DNA of 64,000 nt, from sequence record PZ445451.1; one strand, written 5' to 3'. Below the pieces are notes generated by a model. The model was not told the origin of the DNA, made no database searches, and saw nothing but the letters and a program-made list of their open reading frames with translations. Position 1 is the stretch's first letter, and each line of letters starts with the position of its first letter. Positions 46,645-56,040 of this stretch are shown in pieces. The stretch comes from a phage. The position numbers were made by a program, and so were the translations under genes.

Positions 46645-47529
46645 TTATTTTTGAATAGTTGACTTAATAAGGTCTTGCATAATACCACGGATTTCATTAA
46701 AGCACAGAAGGACAGATGCTTCAAAAGATCCTTCTTCGTCGTTAAAGTATTTAGGGAATTTAATGCCACTTAACTTAAATTCTTTATCAACAATAAAGTT
46801 AACGAAACCGTCATATTCCAGACCAATGGCAACAACGTGCTTACCATCTTCCATAAGTTCTACTGCACGAGATTCGTAAAGGGATTCTTTACTCCATACA
46901 ACCACACCTTCAGAATCTTCAAGTTTAATATAATTACCCAGGGTCAGTCGTTCAGCCTCATGTTCTTCTAAGATGGTATCAAAACCTTTAATAATGGCTT
47001 CTTCGTGTACACTAAACGGCAGAACTGGGAAAGTACCCAACACCTCACGAAGAAATACAGCAATATCTTCACTAATTTTCTTAGAACCATTAAGAACATA
47101 GGTAATACTGTTTTCCGTGTCTACAACAACATAGTTATAGAAGTCATCTGCCTCTGTTTCTGGAAGCAGAGAAAACACGATATCAGCCTCAATTGCTTTT
47201 TTACTTTCTTTGTCCAAGAAAAACTCTTTAGTAGGATTTGCAGCAATAAACTCTTGTTCCATCTCCTGGAGTTTTTCATTAAGAATGCGTTTAACTTTCT
47301 TCTTGTTAACTTTCTTAACAGACTGCCCTACTTTAATAACCTCTAAACCAGAGAACACTTTTACATAGGAACCATCATCTTCAAAACGAACAAGACCAAT
47401 GGTATGTGCTTGTTGCCCCTGTGCCACAACAAAATCCAGCGGTTTGTCTGTTACTGTGTTCAGTGCTGAAATAGACAGACCATCACCAGAAATCAGGGTT
47501 ACGCAAGATTTGAAATTTTTAGCAAACAT
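46645..47529 (-). CDS. RdgC-like recombination-associated protein
   Basis: Track ORF 46645-47550 trimmed to Met8 (GAGGAG RBS); SLLP ... DT.N ... PV.P.S pattern aligns with E. coli RdgC as recalled. Confidence 0.5.
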   Translation of the reverse strand: MFAKNFKSCVTLISGDGLSISALNTVTDKPLDFVVAQGQQAHTIGLVRFEDDGSYVKVFSGLEVIKVGQSVKKVNKKKVKRILNEKLQEMEQEFIAANPTKEFFLDKESKKAIEADIVFSLLPETEADDFYNYVVVDTENSITYVLNGSKKISEDIAVFLREVLGTFPVLPFSVHEEAIIKGFDTILEEHEAERLTLGNYIKLEDSEGVVVWSKESLYESRAVELMEDGKHVVAIGLEYDGFVNFIVDKEFKLSGIKFPKYFNDEEGSFEASVLLCFNEIRGIMQDLIKSTIQK

Positions 47530-47539
47530 AGTTTTCTCC

Positions 47540-47818
47540 TCAAATAACAACTACAAAATATTTTACACCATCATATTCGACAATATGATCAGGATATTTA
47601 AATCCTTTATAAGATTTACCAAACAGACTAACAGCCTCATTAGCTTTGTTTTGCGGATTACTCAACCACTGTTCTTCTGTGTAAAACTTAAATTCTGTTC
47701 TCTTACCTTCTTTTTCTAAACCAACAATTTCCTGTGTGATATCTTCAATACCTGCATTCTTCAAGGATTTGATTACCTGACGCAAACCGTGTTTAAAGAT
47801 ATCTTCTGCTGTTAACAT
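47540..47818 (-). CDS. hypothetical protein (92 aa)
   Basis: Track ORF. Confidence 0.55.
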   Translation of the reverse strand: MLTAEDIFKHGLRQVIKSLKNAGIEDITQEIVGLEKEGKRTEFKFYTEEQWLSNPQNKANEAVSLFGKSYKGFKYPDHIVEYDGVKYFVVVI

Positions 47819-47854
47819 AATACCTCCAATAAGCCCCCGAAGGGGCTTTATTTC

Positions 47855-48577
47855 TTAAGCAATGATTGCTGCGATATTAGGTTTAACAAAGGTAGATGGC
47901 TTCATAATTTTACCTTTGTCATCAAAGAATACATATACCTTTTGAACTTCGTTATATACAGCATGTACCCCAGTATAAGAACCTTCTGCACGATCTTTGC
48001 TTCGCATCTCGATAGCATCACACTCTTTTTCAAGAGCTTCAACAATATCTTTAGTTTCCCAAATAGCCAGGAGTTGCTTCTTGGTAGGATACTTGGACTC
48101 ATTGCTATTCAACACTTCACGCATAACCTTCTTCTCGTTATAAACAGAACGTACCAAAGTATCTCGTGCCATGCGTGTAAGTGTAAGAGACATTAGGGCA
48201 AATTGCAAGTCATTTTCTACCATTTTATCAAATTCAATGATAACATCGTAAATGTTTTCTGCCAGAACATCTCCTGTCGGCATTTCCAGAGCTTTATCAA
48301 CACCTTCTTTACCAAAGAACATAAATGCCAGGTAGGATGCTACCACAAAAATATCTGCTGCTGCATCAAGTAATTCAACGTGATCATTTTCCTGTGCTGC
48401 TGCTTGGAACTCTTTAAGTTCTTCTCGTACAAAAGAAAGTTGAGCTTCAAACATCTCTTGAGTAAATTCTGGAGTTACTCCACCACGTGCCTTAGCATTC
48501 CAAGCAACAATTTGATCGGCAGCTTTGATAAAGAAGCTATTGTCCACTTTTACTTGTTTGAAAAAATTCTCGATCAT
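47855..48577 (-). CDS. putative all-alpha NTP pyrophosphohydrolase (MazG-like)
   Basis: EELKEFQAA ... ELLDAAADIF acidic helices reminiscent of MazG; weak. Confidence 0.35.
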   Translation of the reverse strand: MIENFFKQVKVDNSFFIKAADQIVAWNAKARGGVTPEFTQEMFEAQLSFVREELKEFQAAAQENDHVELLDAAADIFVVASYLAFMFFGKEGVDKALEMPTGDVLAENIYDVIIEFDKMVENDLQFALMSLTLTRMARDTLVRSVYNEKKVMREVLNSNESKYPTKKQLLAIWETKDIVEALEKECDAIEMRSKDRAEGSYTGVHAVYNEVQKVYVFFDDKGKIMKPSTFVKPNIAAIIA

Positions 48578-48586
48578 TGTTTCTCC

Positions 48587-48778
48587 TTATTTAAAATATT
48601 GTTTTGTAAATTCCACCAGATATACAACAACTGCACCCATTTGTACACCTGTTGCACCGTAGACAATCATCAGACTAGCCTTCTGCCACCATGTTGGGTG
48701 AGGGAAAGTTGATGCGACAATTATACCACAAGCAACGATAGAAAGCAACACAAGAATCAAAATAACTTCAATGCTCAC
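48587..48778 (-). CDS. small integral membrane protein (63 aa)
   Basis: Two hydrophobic helices. Confidence 0.5.
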   Translation of the reverse strand: MSIEVILILVLLSIVACGIIVASTFPHPTWWQKASLMIVYGATGVQMGAVVVYLVEFTKQYFK

Positions 48779-48789
48779 TGCAACCTCCT

Positions 48790-49419
48790 TTATGTTTTAA
48801 TCTTGCCAAAATACAATACTTCAGCTTCCTGTCTTGCTGATATAGCATCTTCAATATCAATAAATGCTCCAAGACGGATATCTTTTCCTTGATAGGATAT
48901 ACGAGCAATCCATCTTTTTTCTTTCTCGCTCCACACAACACCTGTTTTACCAGAAGTGTTATTTTTCTGTTTTCGTGTATTGTATGACTGGACAGACCTT
49001 GTAGCCCAGCGACAATTTTCTTTACTGTAATCTTTTTCCGAGTCTATTCTGTCAAGAGATAAACCTTTAGGTCTATCTCCCATATCCTCAAAGAATGCAG
49101 AGAATGAATTTCTCCAAGCATCACAAACCTTAATACCACGACCACCGTAGTATTCAAAGTGAGTATTGTTTTTGTTATAGCATCTCCCTAACATAGCTTC
49201 CCACGATTTGTATGCTCCTGTTTGTGTTGTTTTCGGTCTACACTTGGAACAATAAGAACTTCTATTCTTCCTAAGTGTTTCCATAGTTACCGTGCAAATA
49301 TTACCACAATCACAAGAACAAGTAAAACGTCTTTTGCCATGTTTGTCCCTTTCAATCTCTTCTAAGACAGTATAACAACCGCATTTCTTACCTACAAGGT
49401 CTACTCTCTTGGCTCCCAT
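48790..49419 (-). CDS. HNH homing endonuclease with C-terminal AP2 DNA-binding domain
   Basis: LDRIDSEKDYSKENCRWATRSVQ (HNH_3-type) plus AP2-like GVVWSEKEKRWIARISYQGKDIRLGAF. Confidence 0.75.
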   Translation of the reverse strand: MGAKRVDLVGKKCGCYTVLEEIERDKHGKRRFTCSCDCGNICTVTMETLRKNRSSYCSKCRPKTTQTGAYKSWEAMLGRCYNKNNTHFEYYGGRGIKVCDAWRNSFSAFFEDMGDRPKGLSLDRIDSEKDYSKENCRWATRSVQSYNTRKQKNNTSGKTGVVWSEKEKRWIARISYQGKDIRLGAFIDIEDAISARQEAEVLYFGKIKT

Positions 49420-50516
49420 GTTCCCTCCACCATTTCCCGTAAACGGACACCTGTTGGTTTCGTAGGTATTCCACCATCGGAAAACTCTTCATACTCAATC
49501 TCAACAAATTTACCAATTAACATTTCGGCATTTTCTGCTTTACGATAGTTAATGGTTTCATCTGAATCCTTACGCATCAGGAATTCGACTACTTTACCAT
49601 TTTCCATCTCGCCTGTCAATACCCCGTCACCATTTTTATCACGCTTTGCACTTACCACTTTAACTTCAAGAGTCTGCCGTGGTTTACGTTTAATAACATC
49701 ATAAGAACGTTTATCAAACTCGTAAACACCTTGTGCGTTACGATACACCACACCTTCCGCTTTTTCACGTAGAGCTTTTGCATAGAATTCATCAAACTGC
49801 TCTTGGTTTTCAATGTATTCTGTATGTACTACACAAATAAGTTCATCTAAACCTTTATCTTCAACAACTTCTTTTAGAGCAGCTAAAACTTGAACCCTCT
49901 TCTCAAATGGTACAGATGGCACAGGAACATCATATACATAGTATTTAAGAAGCGGAGTGTTAGCATTATGCTTTTTCCACGCACTATTAATTTGTTGAAG
50001 GCTAAGGACACCCAAGCCAGCAAAAACTTCACCGTCAAGAGGATGACCAACTACTTCTTTAATGAAGGTTGGAATTTCTTTCCAGTGAGGTGGAAGTTTA
50101 TATACCTCCCCAGCTTTAGATAAACATTCACCTTGCATGTTAATCATTGAACGTAAACCATTCAATTTATATTGTGCATAACCTGGGAACAAAACACGAT
50201 CAGCATAATCTTTATAATCCTGACATTTCATGGGTGTGGAAGGAACATGGTTTTCAGCTTCCTCTTTTGTTTTATAATACCCATTCTTAAGTTGCTTTGT
50301 CCATTTGGCAAGAGCTTCTATTTCAGCTTGTTCTTCTGCTGTTGTTTCATTTGAGCGACCAACATTTTTAGGTTCTGCTGTATAAGATTTGCTAGTAATC
50401 TTTCCACCTAATTGACCATGAGCAACAGTTACAACACTACCTTCGGTATAGACTGACCACTGTTTAATTTTACCTGTAGAAGTTTTACCATATAATGTAG
50501 GATTAGTTTGTTTCAT
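49401..50516 (-). CDS. putative polynucleotide ligase (covalent nucleotidyltransferase, K-x-N-G-x-R motif)
   Basis: Track ORF 49401-50564 trimmed to Met17 (GGAGG RBS); YKLNGLR resembles ligase motif I KxDGxR. Confidence 0.45.
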   Translation of the reverse strand: MKQTNPTLYGKTSTGKIKQWSVYTEGSVVTVAHGQLGGKITSKSYTAEPKNVGRSNETTAEEQAEIEALAKWTKQLKNGYYKTKEEAENHVPSTPMKCQDYKDYADRVLFPGYAQYKLNGLRSMINMQGECLSKAGEVYKLPPHWKEIPTFIKEVVGHPLDGEVFAGLGVLSLQQINSAWKKHNANTPLLKYYVYDVPVPSVPFEKRVQVLAALKEVVEDKGLDELICVVHTEYIENQEQFDEFYAKALREKAEGVVYRNAQGVYEFDKRSYDVIKRKPRQTLEVKVVSAKRDKNGDGVLTGEMENGKVVEFLMRKDSDETINYRKAENAEMLIGKFVEIEYEEFSDGGIPTKPTGVRLREMVEGTWEPRE

Positions 50517-50706
50517 CTTTAACCTCCAGTTGCGAAAGAACCCATTTAGCCATTTCAATTTCACCGTGTAGTCTGCCTAGTTCATAGGCATCATCAATAT
50601 TACCACCAGTGTAATCATCCACCATAAAGTAAGGATCTTCGCTACTATTAGGTGCGTTTGCAATTCTCGTTAGTTCTTCAATAAATGTCATAGTTACCCT
50701 TACCAA
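50503..50706 (-). CDS. hypothetical protein (67 aa)
   Basis: Track ORF. Confidence 0.5.
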   Translation of the reverse strand: MVRVTMTFIEELTRIANAPNSSEDPYFMVDDYTGGNIDDAYELGRLHGEIEMAKWVLSQLEVKDETN

Positions 50707-50924
50707 TTATACACAAGAGTTTGAATCTCTTCCATCAAATCTTCAAGATCTGTATCAACGTATTCAGAAGATGTTGCCATAAAGTATGTAATCATTGTGA
50801 ACCCTTCCGAAGAAAGAGCATCAAGAATATCATTAAACATATCTTCCATTTCAGTATTCTCACCAAATGAGAATAACATTTGTTGATCTTCGCTTACACC
50901 TTTAACATAGATAGCTGTACTCAT
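50700..50924 (-). CDS. hypothetical acidic protein (74 aa)
   Basis: Track ORF. Confidence 0.5.
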   Translation of the reverse strand: MSTAIYVKGVSEDQQMLFSFGENTEMEDMFNDILDALSSEGFTMITYFMATSSEYVDTDLEDLMEEIQTLVYNW

Positions 50925-50927
50925 ATA

Positions 50928-51248
50928 TTAATCCTTAAGACGTTCATTTAAATCTGCAATAACATCACCTAAATCTTCACATTCCAGTGTTAACTCTGAA
51001 ACTTGTCCACTCAAATAACAAACTTCTTCATTTAGATCTGAAATAATGTTTTCTAATGAATCTACTTGATCCTCATATGAACGTTTTGTTTCTTCAAGTT
51101 CTTCCGTAAGATCATTAATCAAACGGAGCAAAGATAAGATATAGCCGTCTCCTGTCTCGTTCCTCCACTCACTTCCGTAGCGATAAATAATAATTTCACC
51201 ATTATCGACTACTGTAAAATACTTGCCTTCACCAGAATAAATTTCCAT
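50928..51248 (-). CDS. hypothetical coiled-coil protein (106 aa)
   Basis: Track ORF. Confidence 0.55.
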   Translation of the reverse strand: MEIYSGEGKYFTVVDNGEIIIYRYGSEWRNETGDGYILSLLRLINDLTEELEETKRSYEDQVDSLENIISDLNEEVCYLSGQVSELTLECEDLGDVIADLNERLKD

Positions 51249-51257
51249 ACACTCTCC

Positions 51258-51662
51258 TTATTGTAGCTTAAGTGAACTGCGAAGACGTTTCTCTTGCTGA
51301 TCACGAATATGTTGTGGAACCTCATGAATTGAGTCGTTACCGTGCCTATTTTCAACAACTAAAGAGATAACTTGATAACCAAACTCTTCAGCAAGAGTTA
51401 AATAAGGTTTAAGTTCTTTCTCTGTGGTTGAAGTGTTAGAGACAATAATCTTTTTAGTATTAGATGCCATAGCATCACGAACAATACTCTGACACCATGC
51501 GTGTGCTTTACCTACATTCTCTGGCTTCCAATCGTAAACACCACTTTCTGTGTAATGATATTGATCTGCCTCACAGATAGGCCAATAACCTTCAGAAATA
51601 ATTTCTGCTACTGTAGATTTACCTGCACCTGAAACACCACGTAAAATGATAAGTTGTTTCAT
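51258..51662 (-). CDS. polynucleotide 5'-kinase (T4 Pnk kinase-domain-like P-loop protein)
   Basis: MKQLIILRGVSGAGKSTVAEII resembles the T4 Pnkp N-terminus ([23 protein letters not shown]); IIVSNT matches the downstream motif. Confidence 0.65.
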   Translation of the reverse strand: MKQLIILRGVSGAGKSTVAEIISEGYWPICEADQYHYTESGVYDWKPENVGKAHAWCQSIVRDAMASNTKKIIVSNTSTTEKELKPYLTLAEEFGYQVISLVVENRHGNDSIHEVPQHIRDQQEKRLRSSLKLQ

Positions 51663-52595
51663 TTAGCCTCCAAAGAAGTTTTCTATTTCTTTACGTCGCT
51701 CTTGTGGATCTAGAGCAGCCCATTGAACCTTCGTAAAGTTATTTCGAAGCCATTCTAGCAAAGTATAATATTCTTCGTCAACAATTTGTTTAGCATTGTT
51801 TGGGTTGTCCCAAATCATATCCCACTTCTTATTGCCACCACGCATAAGGAACTTCTTAGCAAGATAGTATGGTGACTTAATCTTTAAGAGTAAGTTAAAC
51901 GGATAGTTTGTTTCACGAACAACAAAGCCTTCGTGTCTACAATGTTTAGACATTTCAACAACATCTGAAAATTTAATCATCGGATAAACTTCAGGACGTT
52001 TAAATTTTGTAATAGATGCAATCCCATCAAGAACACCTTCAGGTAACATGAAACTTGTCCCATCAAGATTTTGAATTCTTGCTCCAATTAAGTATGCACC
52101 TGGTTCTTCTTCGACAATATGTGGATCAGAAGGATCACAGATTTCAAAAAGAAAAGTTGCTTTTGCACTTTCTGTCCACTTAATGAAATACTCTATGTCG
52201 TCACACTCGGAAACAATACGGTTCTTTGCCATAATTGCAAAATCTGATTCTAGGCTCCCTGTTGTTGATACAACAAGTTGCCCTTTGTACACACCTACAG
52301 ATGCCATAAAACCGTTTACTTTACGGACAGCATCTACAAGTTCGTCTGCTGGAAGATCTGTACCATTCTCAAAACGATTAAAGATTTTAGTAAAAGGCCA
52401 AATAACAACATTGTCTTCTGAGTCAACAACCAACCCACGGCAATCTAGAAGTCGTTTGTCAACGTTCCACAAATTATCCCAGAATACATTGTTTTTGTAT
52501 TTAAGTACAGCAAGACCAGCATACTCTCCAGATTTAACTTCTTTTTTATGCACTAAACCTTTTGCAATCAGGTCATCACAATTGAACTTAGCCAC
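51663..52595 (-). CDS. RNA ligase (T4 Rnl1-like nucleotidyltransferase)
   Basis: LLDCRGLVV ... PFTKIFNRFEN parallels T4 Rnl1 LECRGIMF ... PMEKFFNLNEN; lysine motif KVNG; stop/start contiguous with the kinase gene. Confidence 0.6.
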   Translation of the reverse strand: MAKFNCDDLIAKGLVHKKEVKSGEYAGLAVLKYKNNVFWDNLWNVDKRLLDCRGLVVDSEDNVVIWPFTKIFNRFENGTDLPADELVDAVRKVNGFMASVGVYKGQLVVSTTGSLESDFAIMAKNRIVSECDDIEYFIKWTESAKATFLFEICDPSDPHIVEEEPGAYLIGARIQNLDGTSFMLPEGVLDGIASITKFKRPEVYPMIKFSDVVEMSKHCRHEGFVVRETNYPFNLLLKIKSPYYLAKKFLMRGGNKKWDMIWDNPNNAKQIVDEEYYTLLEWLRNNFTKVQWAALDPQERRKEIENFFGG

Positions 52596-52596
52596 C

Positions 52597-53148
52597 TTAA
52601 TCTCCTTTGATTATCTTATGATGGTCTACAACAACAATATCACGCTTATCCATAATAGAGATGATTTCGTCAAAATGCAAGATTTTTCCGTGTGCATCCC
52701 AACCAACATCCAACATCTTCCCATACAAATGATCAGGGAATGATCCGTGAGAGTGTCCGTGTAGCATGATTGATCCATGCCCTTGTTTATTCCAGGCAGC
52801 CATAGGGTAATGGCTTAAGACGAAAAACAGCTTCTGATATTTCACTTCGTCATAATAAACCACTTCTCCATACTCTGCAAGCACTTTTCTGTGTTTACTG
52901 TAATCATGGTTCCCAACACAGTAAGTAATATTCCCTTGGAGACGGGAAGCAATCTTACGGGTATCTTCTTCAGTCCCGAAACAGAAGTCCCCAAGATGGT
53001 ACATCTTTACTCCTGGTGTTGTGGCACATTTATTCCATGCTTCGATCAGTGCTTCTGTCATATGCTCCATATTTTCCCACGGGCGATATTCAGGAGCAAA
53101 TTCTCGGATACGTTTGTGCATAAAATGCAAATCACTTGTAATAAACAT
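52597..53148 (-). CDS. calcineurin-like metallophosphoesterase (candidate RNA 3'-phosphatase / 2',3'-cyclic phosphodiesterase)
   Basis: DLHF, GDFCFG and GNHDY metallophosphatase motifs; stop/start contiguous with the RNA ligase gene. Confidence 0.7.
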   Translation of the reverse strand: MFITSDLHFMHKRIREFAPEYRPWENMEHMTEALIEAWNKCATTPGVKMYHLGDFCFGTEEDTRKIASRLQGNITYCVGNHDYSKHRKVLAEYGEVVYYDEVKYQKLFFVLSHYPMAAWNKQGHGSIMLHGHSHGSFPDHLYGKMLDVGWDAHGKILHFDEIISIMDKRDIVVVDHHKIIKGD

Positions 53149-53507
53149 TAGTATAATCCCTCGCTGAATAGTTCACTATCGTGACCATTTCTTTCATAAT
53201 TAATTTGTTTGGCGTTATCTGCAATGATATAAGCATCTTTGCGACTCCACCAGTTATAATACTGATCAATAAACCCTTGATTATCAGGTAAGCAAAACAG
53301 TTTATCAATCAATCCTGCATCTTTTAAAACATTAAGTTGTGCAGATAGTACAGGATTTGCATGCCTAACACAAGGAATAATTAACTCTTCGCCATTGTTG
53401 AGCATATACTTATTCGCAGCGCAGACTATAACACGTTGAGCATAGTGATCCTCACCAATCCAAGTAAGAGGTTGGTAACAAATATCATGTTGATTAGTAG
53501 CGCACAT
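53148..53507 (-). CDS. hypothetical protein (119 aa)
   Basis: Track ORF 53148-53510 (TTG) trimmed to the adjacent ATG. Confidence 0.55.
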   Translation of the reverse strand: MCATNQHDICYQPLTWIGEDHYAQRVIVCAANKYMLNNGEELIIPCVRHANPVLSAQLNVLKDAGLIDKLFCLPDNQGFIDQYYNWWSRKDAYIIADNAKQINYERNGHDSELFSEGLY

Positions 53508-53653
53508 CAATTTTCTTCATACTCTTCGTCTGTATGTATATCGTAAAAGCAATCTTCAAAAGTTGCAAGTGCTTTTTCTACATCGGGCCAATGGTTAGTG
53601 TGTTTGTATATATAAAACCCATCCCCTTCATCTACCCAAATAACATAAAGCAT
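53507..53653 (-). CDS. small acidic protein (48 aa), not in track
   Basis: ATG at 53653 (minus) after GGAGGTG RBS; stop overlaps the next start (TGATG). Confidence 0.4.
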   Translation of the reverse strand: MLYVIWVDEGDGFYIYKHTNHWPDVEKALATFEDCFYDIHTDEEYEEN

Positions 53654-53662
53654 AACACCTCC

Positions 53663-54037
53663 TTAATAGTTAACACGTTTAATTTCAACACCATAGGATG
53701 AAATAAAATTTTCCTTAGCTAACATATATTTACCAGCAGCAGAAGGGTTTGATGTATGGACATAGATAGTTTTAAGAGCATCCCATTCACCCGCATACAA
53801 CATACATTCTACGTCTAAGAATGCATGATATCCTTCCTGATCTTCTCCAAGATCATTATCGAAGTGTATCTCTGAGATATTATTGAAATTATCTTCATCT
53901 GAAACAAAAGATAACCAATCCTCAAAAGATTTTAACCAAATGGCATCCTCATAACCATAATCTTTAGGATCTCTTAAATCGTCTAACCAAAGAATTTTAG
54001 CCACTATCAACCCCCTTCCTGTTTCTCTTCTTTCCAA
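53663..54037 (-). CDS. hypothetical protein (124 aa)
   Basis: Track ORF. Confidence 0.55.
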   Translation of the reverse strand: MERRETGRGLIVAKILWLDDLRDPKDYGYEDAIWLKSFEDWLSFVSDEDNFNNISEIHFDNDLGEDQEGYHAFLDVECMLYAGEWDALKTIYVHTSNPSAAGKYMLAKENFISSYGVEIKRVNY

Positions 54038-54198
54038 GTTTTACCATTATCTACCAACTTCTTAGAAACAGCAAATCTTTCTCCATTGATATAAAACAAA
54101 TAAAGAATAAAGGATTTTCCTATAGTTACAATATCTACTACTTCTACACGCTTCACACCTTGCATGTATTTGGCTTTACCTGAATAAATAAGGAACAT
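54007..54198 (-). CDS. hypothetical protein (63 aa)
   Basis: Track ORF. Confidence 0.45.
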   Translation of the reverse strand: MFLIYSGKAKYMQGVKRVEVVDIVTIGKSFILYLFYINGERFAVSKKLVDNGKTWKEEKQEGG

Positions 54199-54476
54199 TA
54201 TTTATTCCTTTTGTTGTTGATCACATCTAAAGCTGTGTAAGGTTTGTTTGTACCGCTGTATTCAAGAATAATTGGTGCATGTTCATAGACAAACTCAAAA
54301 GTACCATATACAGAATCTGCAACTGAAATAAGCATTTCAGTGCCTTCATCGTTCTTAATTAATGAAAACCTTGCCCCTGGTTTATTGAGCACTTCATATT
54401 TCTTACCTGCTGTCAGCAAACCTGAATACCATTCATTTTGCACAACAGACAAACACTTCAGATAGGTTTTTCTCAT
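54198..54476 (-). CDS. hypothetical protein (92 aa)
   Basis: Track ORF. Confidence 0.55.
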   Translation of the reverse strand: MRKTYLKCLSVVQNEWYSGLLTAGKKYEVLNKPGARFSLIKNDEGTEMLISVADSVYGTFEFVYEHAPIILEYSGTNKPYTALDVINNKRNK

Positions 54477-54814
54477 TTCTTTTTGCTCCTTCTTTTAGGC
54501 TTCTCGTATAAACCTAACACAGCAGACTCTTTTGCACAGATAGGAACTGACTTCATTCCTCGTTTTTTGGCTTCTGGTAGATTCAAAACCCACCAGCCAA
54601 ACCAATACAATTCATCTTCTGTGAAAGGATCTGCCATAGGATCTGCATCACGTTCTTCAAATCTAGCAAGAGCTTCTTCTATCTTCTCTATTGGAGTATC
54701 AAAGACAAAAGCCTCTGTATCAAATTTTTGTTTCTTAGGAGCGGCTTTTGCCGCCCCATCTTTAGATGCGTGCTTTGTTACGGATCGCTTCTTCGGTGTT
54801 TTCGCCATCAACAA
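54473..54814 (-). CDS. hypothetical protein with basic Lys-rich N- and C-termini (113 aa)
   Basis: Track ORF. Confidence 0.5.
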   Translation of the reverse strand: MLMAKTPKKRSVTKHASKDGAAKAAPKKQKFDTEAFVFDTPIEKIEEALARFEERDADPMADPFTEDELYWFGWWVLNLPEAKKRGMKSVPICAKESAVLGLYEKPKRRSKKK

Positions 54815-55001
54815 CCTCCATGCGGTGTAAGAAATCTTGCTGGAATCGCCAATACTGTTGACCAGTCCTTACATCTTCGTAGATCACAACAGGATCAAAT
54901 ACTTTAGATACACCTGCTGGTTTAGGGAAGCCAACTACACGATATAAACCACCTTTGCTAATACAAGAATATGTTACATCAGTTAAAATTTCTTTTTTCA
55001 T
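54762..55001 (-). CDS. hypothetical protein (79 aa)
   Basis: Track ORF. Confidence 0.5.
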   Translation of the reverse strand: MKKEILTDVTYSCISKGGLYRVVGFPKPAGVSKVFDPVVIYEDVRTGQQYWRFQQDFLHRMEVVDGENTEEAIRNKARI

Positions 55002-55195
55002 TTCTTAATAAACTCCAATACAGGTACGTGATCAGCAGTCAAAGTTACACAATTGTAACTTACCTTTTCAACTTCAGAGAATGCTTCAACCCAAAGTAAG
55101 AAATTCTCTTTAGCTTCTTCATAATTCAATGTTGACTTAACAACATGGAACTCACCAAGAATTACTCTATAGATTGTTTGCATAGTTTGATTCAT
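54998..55195 (-). CDS. hypothetical protein (65 aa)
   Basis: Track ORF. Confidence 0.5.
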   Translation of the reverse strand: MNQTMQTIYRVILGEFHVVKSTLNYEEAKENFLLWVEAFSEVEKVSYNCVTLTADHVPVLEFIKK

Positions 55196-55261
55196 TTATT
55201 TTTCCTTTGTTTAAAATGTGTTAAACAATCGCAAATGCTTGTGACGCACTTTGTGACCCCA

Positions 55262-55630
55262 CTAATTAACGTCAGCACTATGATTGTTGAGAGTATAGGA
55301 TACTCCATCGCCCAAGTCAACATGAATCTCAACTCCTAACTGTCTTTCTAATGGTAAACGTTTTGAGAATTGATAATTACAAAGTTTACAATCTAAGTCA
55401 AGCAACTCATGTTTGCTTAAGCCTGGAATGATAACTTTGCTTCCCACTGTCCACTCAATACCTTCAAAGTTATCTCTTCTTTTCAAAATGTCAAGTAAGA
55501 AGATGATTTGTTGCCATTCCGTAGACAAGTCTTCTTCATAGAACGCAGAACAAAAAGTTTTATCATCGTAGAAAGCATACATTATGCCTCCATCTATTGT
55601 TTCACTTCTAACGTACCGTGTGACCCTCAT
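55262..55630 (-). CDS. hypothetical protein (122 aa); first gene of the minus-strand block
   Basis: Track ORF; GGAGGGAATAATG RBS. Confidence 0.6.
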   Translation of the reverse strand: MRVTRYVRSETIDGGIMYAFYDDKTFCSAFYEEDLSTEWQQIIFLLDILKRRDNFEGIEWTVGSKVIIPGLSKHELLDLDCKLCNYQFSKRLPLERQLGVEIHVDLGDGVSYTLNNHSADVN

Positions 55631-56040
55631 TATTCCCTCCTATACGGCTCTGTAACGAGCTAATGGCCTTTAAGATATGCAATCACCTTACCTCACAGTA
55701 AAACTCGTTACAATCGTTTTTAGGAGGTTCAGGTTGTACTTAAAAATAATCCAAAAAGGTGTTGACAAACGCAAAAAAGTATGCTACCCTAACCCCCGAA
55801 AAACGCCGAGCGCAGCGAGTGGGGTGTTATCTAATCTTGTGATACATGATCTAACAGACAACTGAGTAGTCTACATATAGCACTATGTTATGTCTCTAAT
55901 ACTAACACACATACTCTATACTAACAATAGATTCTTTATTAATTTTATTATTAATTAAATAATAAATATCTATTGACTTTAGATCTATCTGTAGGTAGAG
56001 TAGAGAACATAAAGTCCTAACTCAACTAAGGAGATAAAGA

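Noticed and set aside
55677-55865. Track ORF 55677-55865 (+) in the divergent promoter region upstream of the Prs-like gene
   Set aside because: No RBS, and it overlaps promoter-like elements (TTGACA at 55762, TTGACT near 55972); likely non-coding.
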